A stretch of DNA of 64,000 nucleotides, taken from Eledone cirrhosa. Its lineage: Eukaryota. The position numbers were made by a program, and so were the translations under genes. The stretch is from contig OZ024752.1 in NCBI GenBank assembly GCA_964016885.1, positions 18,972,001-19,036,000 on the forward strand. The letters run 5' to 3'. Positions within the stretch are counted from its first letter, which is position 1, and every line of letters begins with the position of its first letter. Positions 52,218 to 64,000 of this stretch are shown one piece after another. The notes under the pieces are model-generated. The model did no database searches. It saw only the letters and a program-made list of their open reading frames with translations, and was not told the origin of the DNA.

Positions 52218-54220
52218 TGTTGGTGACATGACAAAACACACCCAGTCCACCCTGTAAAGTGGTTGTGTTGGTGACATGACAAAACACACCAGTCCACCCT
52301 GAAAGTGGTTGTGTTGGTGACATGACAAAACACACCAGTCCACCCTGAAAGTGGTTGTGTTGGTGACATGACAAAACACACCAGTCCACCCTGAAAGTGG
52401 TTGTGTTGGTGACATGACAAAACACACCAGTCCACCCTGAAAGTGGTTGTGTTGGTGACATGACAAAACACACCAGTCCACCCTGAAAGTGGTTGTGTTG
52501 GTGACATGACAAAACACACCAGTCCACCCTGAAAGTGGTTGTGTTGGTGACATGACAAAACACACCAGTCCACCCTGAAAGTGGTTGTGTTGGTGACATG
52601 ACAAAACACACCAGTCCACCCTGAAAGTGGTTGTGTTGGTGACATGACAAAACACACCAGTCCACCCTGAAAGTGGTTGTGTTGGTGACATGACAAAATG
52701 CACCCAGTCCTCTCTGTAAAGTGGTTATGTTGGTGACATGACAAAATGCACCCAGTCCTCCCTGTAAAGTGGTTGTGTTGGTGACATGACAAAACACACC
52801 CAGTCCACCCTGTAAAGTGGTCGTATTGGTGACATGACAAAACACACCCAGTCCACCCTGTAAAGTGGTTGTGTTGGTGACATGACAAAACACACCCAGT
52901 CCTCACTGTAAAGGGGTTGTGTTGGTGACATGATAAAACACACCCAGTCCACCCTGTAAAGTGGTTGTGTTGGTGACATGACAAAACACACCCAGTCCAC
53001 CCTGAAAGTGGTTGTGTTGGTGACATGACAAAACACACCCAGTCCACACTGTAAAGGGGTTGTGTTGGTGACATGACAAAACACACCCAGTCCACCCTGT
53101 AAAGTGGTTGTGTTGGTGACATGACAAAACACACCCAGTCCACCCTGTAAAGTGGTTGTGTTGGTGACATGACAAAACACACCCAGTCCACCCTGTAAAG
53201 TGGTTGTGTTGGTGACATGACAAAACACACCCAGTCCACCCTGTAAAGTGGTTGTGTTGGTGACATGACAAAACACACCCAGTCCACCCTGAAAGTGGTT
53301 GTGTTGGTGACATGACAAAACACACCCAGTCCACACTGTAAAGGGGTTGTGTTGGTGACATGACAAAACACACCCAGTCCACCCTGAAAGTGGTTGTGTT
53401 GGTGACATGACAAAACACACCCAGTCCTCACTGTAAAGGGGTTGTGTTGGTGACATGACAAAACACACCCAGTCCACCCTGTAAAGTGGTCGTATTGGTG
53501 ACATGACAAAACACACCCAGTCCACCCTGAAAGTGGTTGTGTTGGTGACATGACAAAACACACCAGTCCACCCTGAAAGTGGTTGTGTTGGTGACATGAC
53601 AAAACACACCCAGTCCACCCTGTAAAGTGGTTGTGTTGGTGACATGACAAAACACACCCAGTCCACCCTGAAAGTGGTTGTGTTGGTGACATGACAAAAC
53701 ACACCCAGTCCACACTGTAAAGGGGTTGTGTTGGTGACATGACAAAACACACCCAGTCCACCCTGAAAGTGGTTGTGTTGGTGACATGACAAAACACACC
53801 CAGTCCTCACTGTAAAGGGGTTGTGTTGGTGACATGACAAAACACACCCAGTCCACACTGTAAAGGGATTGTGTTGGTGACATGACAAAACACACCCAGT
53901 CCACCCTGTAAAGTGGTTGTGTTGGTGACATGACAAAACAGACCCTGTCTTCATTGTAAAGTGGTTGTTTTGTTGCCACAATAAAAAGTACCCACTCTAC
54001 CCTGTCAAATGGTCATGTTGGTGACATGTCAAAAAGCACCCAGTCCACCCTGTAAATGTGGTTGGCATTAGGAGGAGCATCCAGCTGTAGAAACCAAGCG
54101 AGAAACAGTTCTGTATGAGCAAGACATGGTCATCTGATCTGATTTGTCTCACAACAAGACAACTTGTCCAACCCATGCTAGCATGGAAAAATGGATGTTA
54201 AACTGTGATGTTGATGATGA
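52218..54220 (+). repeat. 46-48-bp minisatellite (roughly 38 units) continuing into an RTE-B-type 3' tail
   Basis: Unit gtgttggtgacatgacaaaacacacccagtccaccctgtaaagtggtt; from about 54050 it continues as ggttggcattaggaggagcatccagctgtagaaacc...acccatgctagcatggaaaaatggatg(GAT)n. Confidence 0.92.
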
Positions 54221-54356
54221 TCACTTTTTACAGTGTATTGAGTACAAATTATTATAATATGCTTACATACATATATATATATATACATATGTACATATAT
54301 ACATGTATATATATATACATACATATGTACATATATACATGTATATATATATATAT

Positions 54357-54710
54357 GTGACTTCTGGCGTCACGCAGTAATACAGAGTACCCGACCTCCC
54401 ATGGGTACAAGCTGAAGCATATAGACAATATGCCCCCACGCCCCCCACCGCAAGGTGGTCGTGGAGGTGCTACGGCAAAAAAGCACCCAGCCCACACTGT
54501 AAAGTGGACGTGTATGCGCCACGGAAAAAAGTACCCAGCACTCACTGTAAATGATGTTGGTGTTAGGAAGGGCATCCAGCTGTAGAAACCAAGCCAAATC
54601 AGTTCCTGTATGAGCAAGGCATGGTCAGCCGACCAGACACTGCCCACAACAGGACAACCCGTCTAACCCATGCTAGCGTGGAAGAACGGACGTAAAACGG
54701 TGATGATGAT
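54357..54710 (+). mobile_element. RTE subfamily B 3' fragment
   Basis: Homologous to 10405-10758. Confidence 0.87.
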
Positions 54711-54777
54711 GCAAATATACTTACATATGTACATTCATTCATATATACATACATATGTGCATATATATATATATATA

Positions 54778-55050
54778 TACAATATTAAATAAATGGAAAA
54801 CTATATTTATAAAACCATATTTATTTCATTATATATATTTCGGGGATATCATATTAACAATATGCTATGCCTTCATCATATTGTTAATATGATATCCCCG
54901 AAATATATATAATGAAATAAATATGGTTTTATAAATATAGTTTTCCATTTATTTAATATTGTAAATATACTCCAAGTATTTGTCGAGTGCTTTTATATCA
55001 GTTATAAATATTTACTAGTTGTAACCCAACAATTTTAAATATAACTTTAC
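54778..55050. mobile_element. Inverted pair of short PLE terminal fragments (related to the 22193-26140 pLTR) with one-sided extension
   Basis: Arms are 54778-54864 and 54877-54963; both are truncated inside the hammerhead. The extension reads aatatactccaagtatttgtcgagtgc...cccaacaatttt. Confidence 0.8.
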
Positions 55051-55629
55051 ATGTATATATATATATATATATATACACATACATAAATACATGCATGCAT
55101 ATATACATACATATATACATACACATATGTTTGTGTGTTTATCTAGTAAATGAGTGTATATGCCTGTGTGTTGATACACACACATACATATGTTTGAATT
55201 TATAAATATCTCCATTTCTAAATCTCTCTGTATAGGTTAACTTTGCCTTTCATCCTTACGGGGTCGATAAAATAAAGTACCAGTAATACACTGGGATAAT
55301 TGCTGGCCTTGTGCCAAAAGTAGAAACAATTATTATATTATCTATCTTTCATCCGTGCTTCTCCTCCTGCTCCTTTTATATTTCTGTCTTATAAATGTGT
55401 TGTACGCAGCACATTTTTGGATACTATTTATATACACCAGTCCTTCCCCGCCCATCCCATCCTAGCCCACCCCAGCCCATCCCATCCTAGCCCACCCCAG
55501 CCTAACCTAACCATGTGTGTATGCCTGGTAAAATATCCTGTTTGAGACCTGCATGTATGTCTCTGACCAAGAAACTCTCAGTAAAAAATTCCAGTGAATG
55601 TGATTGGCAGAAAGATAAGTTTTCATTAA

Positions 55630-56056
55630 ATAATTGTTTCCACTTTTGGCACAAGGCCAGCAATTTTTCCTCCAGTGTATTACTGGTACTTTATTTTATT
55701 GACCCTGTAAGGATGAAAGGCAAAGCTAATCTTTGTGGGATTTGAACTCAGAATGTAAAAGGCCATAACTCTATGCTGCAAAGCATGGTGTTCGATGCTC
55801 TGCTGATACTGCCAATCCACTGCTTTTTTCATTAAATAATGTTTCTTATATAGGCACAAGGCCAGCAATTTTTGGGGAGGGGAAAGTCGATTTAATCGAC
55901 CCCAGTGCGTGACTGGTACTTTATTTTATCGACCCCGTAAAGATGAAAGGTAAAGTTAACCTCGGCGGGATTTGAACTCAGATCATAAAGGGCTGTAACT
56001 CTATGCTGCAAAGCATGGTGTCCAACTCCCTACCGATACTGCCAATCCACCGCCCT
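55630..56056 (-). mobile_element. Two tandem family 1 SINEs
   Basis: Copies at about 55630-55820 and 55836-56056. Confidence 0.82.
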
Positions 56057-56719
56057 GTCTCAATTTTAGTCTCTTAGTAGAGCGTCTAGCAAGAAAAGAT
56101 TTTAAAAAAACATACAAAAATGTAGCCATTGGTTACTGCTCCATCCTCTCAGGTCTCGAATAATCTTCTCCCTCCTCGCCACTTATTGATTATTCAGGAC
56201 CCCCCCCCCCCCTCCCTCTCCTCTTATTCCAGCCTCCTGATTATTAAATTTTGCTAATCTATCTTTGGCGAAATTTTATTTTAATCGTAGCATTCCTGCA
56301 ACAATTGATTTTCTGTAGACATTAAAAAACATTATGCATGACAATATAAGTACATTACTAGAAATCCCATATGTTATAAAATAGGATGGGTTGGGGTCTC
56401 AATATGTAAACTAAATGACTAATCCTGGTTTTTAAAAAAATCAAAGGAGACAACCTAGAAAAATTACTGATTTTCCAACCCCATTGTTATTCCAACACCC
56501 CTATTATTTGGACCTGAGACTACATTTTGATGTTTAAATCCCACCAAGGTGAACTTTGCTTTTTATCCTTCTCGAGTCAATAAAATACTATAGCAGTCAA
56601 ATACTGGGGTTGATATAATCAACTTTTCCTCTCTGTCTAAAGCACTGCACTTAAAACCTATTATTATATAATCTTTCTCTCTCCTCTTTCTCCACTGCTC
56701 TCTCTCCTATGTCCCTCCT

Positions 56720-56982
56720 ATGCAGGAACACAAACCAACTCAACTGTAAACTAGGAGTGGCATCTATTTTTCAACTAAGTCATAAGTACTAATATAATTG
56801 TTTCTACTTTTGGCAGAAAGCCAGCAATTACCCCAGTGCATTACTGGTACTTTATTTTATCGACTCCGTAAGGATGAAAGGCAAAGTTAACCTCGGCGGG
56901 ATTTGAACTCAGAATGGCAAGGGCCGTAACTCTATGCATCAAAGCATGGCATCCGACCCTCTACCGATACTGCCAACCCACC
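56720..56982 (-). mobile_element. SINE family 1 variant with the same 3' extension as 29240-29473
   Basis: Shared flank and diagnostic variants ggcagaaag and gaatggcaagggcc. Confidence 0.8.
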
Positions 56983-57446
56983 AATAATAATGGTTTCTAA
57001 TTTAGGCATAAAGCCAACAATTTGAAGAGAGGGGAAAGTCAATTAACCCCAGTTCGTTACTGCCAATCCACAGCCCTTCTTCACTAACACTCTAATAAGT
57101 TATCTTCTGTCCAAATTATCTTACTCTCCAATCCATTATGATACTGACAGACACTTAATGTATTTGACATTTCACCTACTGTACAGCGCTGATTGTCTAT
57201 ATTTCCCCTGTGAAACAACTCATAAACCTTTCAACAATTATTTTGTAGCCTACAACAGGATAGATACTTGTATCATCATCATCATTATCATCATTTCTTG
57301 CATGATCGATGTATTTATTTTGTCATCTTTATCTATGGTATTCCCCCTCCCTCTCTCTCTCTAACTATCTATGATATCCCCCTCTATCTCTATATATATA
57401 TACACACACCTATCTATGGCTCTCTTTCTCTGTATATATATATATA

Positions 57447-57935
57447 AATTAGTTTTGCAAGGTTTTTATATGAAATCGTGTGTCGAAACAAATATTGTTA
57501 TACTTGGAGAGGACCATATTGTTACAATATTGCCAGAAATAATAACAGAACACACTCACTGTTTGGTTGGTTTTCGCTTCTGTATCTTTTATATCTCCAT
57601 AGTTAATTTATTTGGCAATCAACGTTTATCATTGACTGACCAGCCGTTAAAAATACAGATATAAATATATATATATATAATCTATGAAAGTTCTTTTGTT
57701 GCACATCTGCAACATCATCAGTGGTACTATTATGTTCCCTCCTATTGTATTGTAATGTCTACATCAGTTTTATTTTATTTATTTATTTATTTAATTATTT
57801 CTTCTTGTCTCCGTCTCTGCGCATGCGTTTGCGTGTGTGTATAGTGTTTGGTGTATGTGTTCGCGTTTGAGTGTATGTGTTTTTGTTTTTGTATTCTATC
57901 TTTGTTCACTAGTGTGTGTTTATATGTGTTTGTTG
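57447..57935 (-). mobile_element. PLE terminal repeat fragment related to the 6905-8847 family, carrying the 3' extension
   Basis: The reverse complement matches 8420-8847 (cgcaaacgcatgcgca, gcgaaaaccaac.aaacagtgagtgtgttctgtta) plus an extension similar to 12377-12434. Confidence 0.75.
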
Positions 57936-58111
57936 TTATTGTACTTCGAACTTGGATTGCCTAATAAAAGTAACCTTCTTATGTAAGGAGCTGTCTGGTG
58001 AGATCATGGCACTGTGTTTAACATGGAATACGTGGCTTCTATTGTCATTGAAATATATATACTGGCCTTTCAATAAAGCAGTTTTAACATCTAAACTACT
58101 TTATATTTCAT

Positions 58112-58160
<49 letters not shown>

Positions 58161-58163
<3 letters not shown>

Positions 58164-58998
58164 AATATATTAACAAATGGAAACTGTATTTATAAAACCA
58201 TATTTATTTCATTATACATATTTCAAGGCCCACCAAGGCAGATTATGGTGCACTTTCATCAGATAAAATATAATACAGATTAGTTTTATAAATAAATATT
58301 GACATACCCTAAAAAAATGCAACCTTACCGGTTGGAGCTTCCTGGATAGTGGAGATATTAGATTTATTGTTGATTTAGTATGAAAATTAGTGTCGGAAAG
58401 GTTTAAATAACAGTATATTTAAATTAAACCGTTGGAAGAGGGAAAAAAGAAAGAGAAAATGAATAGTTTATATATATTTTTTGCCAGTGGGAGAGAGTAA
58501 ACGTGACTATATTTAAGTGAGAGAGAATATTAGTTATAAGGACTATAATAGCGTAATTTTGTTTACGTGAGAGGAAAGAAGAAACGAAGAAACAAATATA
58601 GCATGGATAAATAATAGCAGGATTCATTATAATGATAGGTTGAAAAACTTTATCTAAGGTTTAATTAATAAATTTGATTAAATGTTTAATTAATAATTTA
58701 ATAGTTTAATCGTTTATATCTCCACTATCCAGGAAGCTCCAACCGGTAAGGTTGCATTTTTTCAGGGTATGTCAATATTTATTTATAAAACTAATCTGTA
58801 TTATATTTTATCTGATGAACACCATAATCTACCTTGTGGCCCTTGAAATATGTATAATGAAATAAATATGGTTTTATAAATATAGTTTCCATTTGTTAAT
58901 AAGTTGTATATTTACTCCAATAATTTGTTGAGTGCTTTATATCAGTTATAAAAATATTTTAGCTTGTTGTATCCCAACAAATTAAATATAACCTCTGC
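58161..58998. mobile_element. Inverted pair of PLE terminal repeats (22193-26140-related family); hammerhead motifs at 58205-58270 (-) and 58804-58864 (+)
   Basis: The minus arm runs ~58715 to 58161 and the plus arm ~58716 to 58998, with extension tatttactccaataatttgttgagtgc. Confidence 0.83.
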
Positions 58999-59021
58999 AT
59001 ATATATATATATATAATTGAA

Positions 59022-59202
59022 ATAATTGTTTCTACTTTTGGCAAAAGGCCAGAAATTACCCCAGTGTATTACTGGTACTTTATTTTATCGACCCCGTAAG
59101 GATGAAAGGCAAAGTTCACCTCAGCGGGATTTGAACTCAGATCATAAAGGGCCGTAACTCTATGCTGCGAAGCATGGCGTCTAACCCTCTACTGATACTG
59201 CC
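59022..59202 (-). mobile_element. tRNA-derived SINE (family 1)
   Basis: Reverse-complement copy. Confidence 0.83.
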
Positions 59203-59949
59203 ATAGGCCATATGATATATCTATACTAAGTCTCTTACTCATTATGTTCCTATGACTTCCTCTACTGTGCTTCTAGTACCTCTCTTATCTGCCACACACT
59301 TTTAACACTATATATTTCTGTGAAACAAGGAATGGCTTCAAGTCTTTTCATGTTTGGTATATTTTCTCCCTACCATTACCTGTCTTTTTACTGCAAGCAT
59401 CACTTTCCTCACCTCATACCACTCTTCGTTGATATCTCACACACCATCACCCATTTTTATTGCTATCCCATCACATTGGTCATGCTGGTTTTCTGTTTAA
59501 TTTCCTTACCAACAAGCAGTGTGTAGCTCTTACTCAGGGGCAGTGGAAGCATTTCTGAATTGGGGTGCCAAATTTGATCAATTTAATTGTAGTGATTAGT
59601 TTAGCTCTTTGCAATCTTAAGTGATCAGAAAACTTTGATATACGATAAGCATAACATGTACATAAATTGTAGCACATATACAAATAGAGGAGTTTTGGTA
59701 GTTTGGGGGAAAAAATATAATTCCTCCTGCCATTCTTCTGTGAGCCTAGAACCCTTACCTTTCCCTTCCTTTTCTGTTTTTTAATTATTAATAAAGAAAA
59801 ATATTACGTCATTAAATTCTGTATGTAGATTGAAAAGATAGGGATTTGATCACATAAGTAAATGTTTAATGAGAGCATGTTATACTTGGGAAAACATAGG
59901 GTAGAAAGTATTTCTTAGTCTTGCAGGAGACAAGACAATGCTGCTATTA

Positions 59950-61000
59950 TGATATGTACCTACAATTCTGGTATTAATAGTTTGGTCTTTATCAATAACT
60001 TAGCAACACTGGAAACATTTTTCTGTATTTGGGTCATATTTCACAAAAAAGTTTTAAAAACTGTTGAAGGTGGGAAAAAGCTCCATCCATTTTCTTCTGT
60101 CAAAACTTTGATGGCAGTGATTTCTTCTTCTTCTTCTGCTACTTTTTCTTTTTCTTTTTCTTTTTCTTTTTCTTTTTCTTTTTCTTCTTTTTCTTTTTCT
60201 TCTTTTTCTTTTTCTTTTTCTTTTTCTTTTTCTTCTTCTTCTAATGCTGATCTTTTTCCTTTTCTTTTTCTTTTTTCTTTTTTCTTTCTTCTCCTCCTTC
60301 TTCTTCTTCTCCTTCTTCTCATTCTTCTCCTTCTAATGCTGCTCTTTTTTTTTTTTTCTTTTTCTTTTTATTTTTTTTTTCTTTTTCTTTTTCTTCTTTT
60401 TCTTCTTTTTCTTCTTTTTCTTCTTTTTTTCTTTTTTCTTTCTTTCTTCTTCTTCTTCTTCTTCTTCTTCTATGTCAATCAAAGTATCATTGACTATAGG
60501 CTCAGAATGATATTTAGTTGTTTCAATCCCATCTTCAGTTGTGACTTGCAACTCAGATTAATCCATAAGCTGAACAACTTCCTAGCTTTAGGGTCATCTT
60601 AAAAACTTTAAAAAAAAATTAATATTAAATTTGAATATAGCCTATTGTAACAGCCTTTATAGTTGTTTTCTTTATCTTACCCCCCAAAAGACTCCAATGT
60701 TATTGATAGCATTCCAGATATTGTATATGTTTTAGAATTCTTTGAGTTTGAACCAATTTTGCCTATCAGTTGTTGCCTTGAAAACCTATGTATAACAGCT
60801 TTCCTTCAGTAATAAATACTCTTGAAGACTGATATTCCTCTTTGATCTATTAGCTGAATTTCACCGGTAGTATTTGGAGGCAAAAATACAACTTCATTTT
60901 CAGGATAAACATCCTGTAATACTTTAGTATGCTCAGGAGAATTATCTAAAACTAACAATACCTTAAATGGTGAATTATTTCTGGCATAAAACTCCAGCAC
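59950..61000 (-). pseudogene. pogo/Tigger (DDE_1-type) transposase fossil
   Basis: KVLLVLDNSPEH...VVFLPPNTTGEIQLIDQRGISVFKSIY matches LLxxDN..H and FLPPNTT..QPxDQG; downstream SEPIVNDTLIDIEEE...EEITAIKVLT is an acidic region. Confidence 0.78.
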
Positions 61001-61134
61001 TCTGCAAAGTGGTTGACATTTGGAAGAACATCCATCTGTAGAAATCATGTCAAAACAGAACGTATCTTAGATGGTGAATTATTCCTGGCCTAATACCCCT
61101 TAATTCTGCAAAGTGGTCGGCATTATTAGGAAGA

Positions 61135-61518
61135 TTGGCAGTGTCAGTAAAGAGTCGGATGCCATGCTTTGCTACATAGAGTTATGCCCCTTTATGGTCT
61201 GAGTTCAAATCCCGCCAAGGTTAACTTTGCCTTTCTTCCTTACAGGGTCGATAAAATTCAGTACCAGTAATGTAATGGGATAATTGCTGGCCTTGTGCCA
61301 AAAGTAGAAAGAATTATTAAGAAGAGCATCAATATGGGGAGAGGGGAAAGTTGATTAAATCAACCCCAATGCATTACTGGTACTTTATTTTATCGACCTC
61401 ATAAGGATGAAAGGCAAAGCTAACCTCAGCGAGATTTGAAGTCAGAACGTAAAGGGACATAACTCAATGTCGTGAAGCATGTTGTCCGACATTCCACTGA
61501 TACTGTCAATCCACCGCC
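61135..61518. mobile_element. Tail-to-tail pair of family 1 SINEs
   Basis: Plus copy at about 61135-61318 and minus copy at about 61335-61518. Confidence 0.8.
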
Positions 61519-61544
61519 ATAATAATAATAATAATAATAATCAT

Positions 61545-61877
61545 ACATACATACAGACAGAGAGATCAAAGCCAACCGACCAGATATTATAGTCAAAGTT
61601 CACAAAAAAAGAAATACCTTCTAATAGATGTATCAATCCCCACAGACAACAATATGTCTTCCAAGGAAATGGAAAAACTCTCCAAATATAAAGATCTAGA
61701 GATAGAATTAATTTGAATATGGAAAATGAAAACAGAAACAATACCTATAATAATAGGTGCTCTAGGAATGATAAAAAAACACACAGTCAAATACATAGCC
61801 AAACCCCAGGACTTACAAATATATACAGCATACAAAAGATAGCACTACTAGGTACTGTATATACATTATATAGAGTA
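61545..61877 (+). mobile_element. R4/Dong-like LINE 3' fragment (RLE domain), next to a (TAA)n tract
   Basis: IHTDREIKANRPDIIVK..LLIDVSIPTDNN...EKLSKYKDLEIE...IPIIIGALG...IQKIALLGT. Confidence 0.85.
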
Positions 61878-64000
61878 CCCCAGGACTTACAAATATATAC
61901 AGCATACAAAAGATAGCACTGCTAGGTACTGTATATACATTATATAGAGTACCACATGACTTACAAATATATACAGCATACAAAAGATAGCACTACTAGG
62001 TACTGTATATACATTATATAGAGTACCACATGACTTACAAATATATACAACATACAAAAGATAGCACTACTAGGTACTGTATATACATTATAGAGAGTAC
62101 CCCAGGACTTACAAATATATACAGCATACAAAAGATAGCACTACTAGGTACTGTATATACATTATATAGAGTACCCCAGGACTTACAAATATATACAGCA
62201 TACAAAAGATAGCACTACTAGGTACTGTATATACATTATATAGAGTACCCCAGGACTTACAAATATATACAGCATACAAAAGATAGCACTACTAGGTACT
62301 GTATATACATTATATAGAGTACCCCAGGACTTACAAATATATACAGCATACAAAAGATAGCACTACTAGGTACTGTATATACATTATATAGAGTACCCCA
62401 GGACTTACAAATATATACAGCATACATAAGATAGCACTACTAGGTACTGTATATACATTATATAGAGTACCCCATGACTTACAAATATATACAGCATACA
62501 AAAGATAGCACTACTAGGTACTGTATATACATTATATAGAGTACCCCAGGACTTACAAATATATACAGCATACAAAAGATAGCACTGCTAGGTACTGTAT
62601 ATACATTATATAGAGTACCACATGACTTACAAATATATACAGCATACAAAAGATAGCACTACTAGGTACTGTATATACATTATATAGAGTACCCCAGGAC
62701 TTACAAATATATACAGCATACAAAAGATAGCACTGCTAGGTACTGTATATACATTATATAGAGTACCATATGACTTACAAATATATACAGCATACAAAAG
62801 ATAGCACTACTAGGTACTGTATATACATTATATAGAGTACCACATGACTTACAAATATGTACAACATACAAAAGATAGCACTACTAGGTACTGTATATAC
62901 ATTATATAGAGTACTCCAGGACTTACAAATATATACAGCATACAAAAGATAGCACTACTAGGTACTGTATATACATTATATAGAGTACCCCAGGACTTAC
63001 AAATATATACAGCATACAAAAGATAGCACTACTAGGTACTGTATATACATTATATAGAGTACCACAGGACTTACAAATATATACAGCATACATAAGATAG
63101 CACTACTAGGTACTGTATATACATTATATAGAGTACCCCATGACTTACAAATATATACAGCATACAAAAGATAGCACTACTAGGTACTGTATATACATTA
63201 TATAGAGTACCCCAGGACTTACAAATATATACAGCATACAAAAGATAGCACTGCTAGGTACTGTATATACATTATATAGAGTACCACATGACTTACAAAT
63301 ATATACAGCATACAAAAGATAGCACTACTAGGTACTGTATATACATTATATAGAGTACCACATGACTTACAAATATATACAACATACAAAAGATAGCACT
63401 ACTAGGTACTGTATATACATTAGAGTACCCCATGACTTACAAATATATACAACATACAAAAGATAGCACTACTAGGTACTGTATATACATTATATAGAGT
63501 ACCCCAAGACTTACAAATATATACAGCATACATAAGATAGCACTACTAGGTACTGTATATACATTATATAGAGTACCACATGACTTACAAATATATACAG
63601 CATACAAAAGATAGCACTACTAGGTACCGTATATACATTATATAGAGTATCCCAGGACTTACAAATATATACAGCATACAAAAGATAGCACTACTAGGTA
63701 CTGTATATACATTATATAGAGTACCCCAGGACTTACAAATATATACAGCATACATAAGATAGCACTACTAGGTACTGTATATACATTATATAGAGTACCA
63801 CATGACTTACAAATATATACAGCATACAAAAGATAGCACTACTAGTTACTGTATATACATTATATAGAGTACCCCATGACTTACAAATATATACAGCATA
63901 CAAAAGATAACACTACTAGGTACTGTATATACATTATATAGAGTACCCCAGGACTTACAAATATATACAGCATAAATAAGATAGCACTACTAGGTACTGT
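61804..64000 (+). repeat. 74-bp satellite derived from the C-terminal coding end of the R4/Dong LINE; continues past the window end
   Basis: Unit ccccaggacttacaaatatatacagcatacaaaagatagcactactaggtactgtatatacattatatagagta, about 30 copies. Confidence 0.95.

Noticed and set aside
41453-53981. Long repetitive ORFs (HTIPY, poly-Val/His, YAIPVLCHTCSMPYLF, FCHVTNTTTLQGGLGV)
   Set aside because: They are open in several frames and strands because of satellite periodicity; unit-length variants break the frame.
55445-55512. cctaacctaacc as a telomeric repeat
   Set aside because: Only about two units occur, within a degenerate CCCAN pentamer tract.
2848-61518. tRNA genes at A/B-box motifs
   Set aside because: Each continues into a SINE body and tail and lacks a complete cloverleaf; these are SINE heads.
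38555-64000. Regular repeat arrays as CRISPR
   Set aside because: Units are directly tandem with no unique spacers, no cas genes are present, and the context is eukaryotic.

Overview
AT-rich, repeat-saturated eukaryotic (animal) DNA. The SINE and LINE families resemble those I recognise from octopus/coleoid cephalopod genomes; this is an inference, not a database result. No host gene can be called with confidence, and there are no prokaryotic features. Most ORFs in the track are microsatellite artefacts. Real coding content is all transposable-element derived: R4/Dong-like RT-RLE LINEs, at least four RTE-clade LINE lineages (two with a PHD finger inside the RT), several Penelope-like element (PLE; RT plus C-terminal GIY-YIG) families and a pogo/Tigger transposase fossil. 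Non-coding content includes many tRNA-derived SINEs, hAT, Tc1-mariner and TTAA MITEs, Helitron-like repeats and TE-derived minisatellites. The most interesting signals: (1) type I hammerhead ribozyme motifs in the terminal repeats of five PLE families; (2) six inverted (tail-out) PLE-type insertions in which one arm carries the full 3' extension and the other stops at a fixed internal point, in four cases 5-12 nt before a shared RCTC...GAGY hairpin, suggesting two defined priming sites; (3) modular exchange of 3' ends between RTE LINEs and SINEs; (4) satellites arising directly from LINE 3' sequences.
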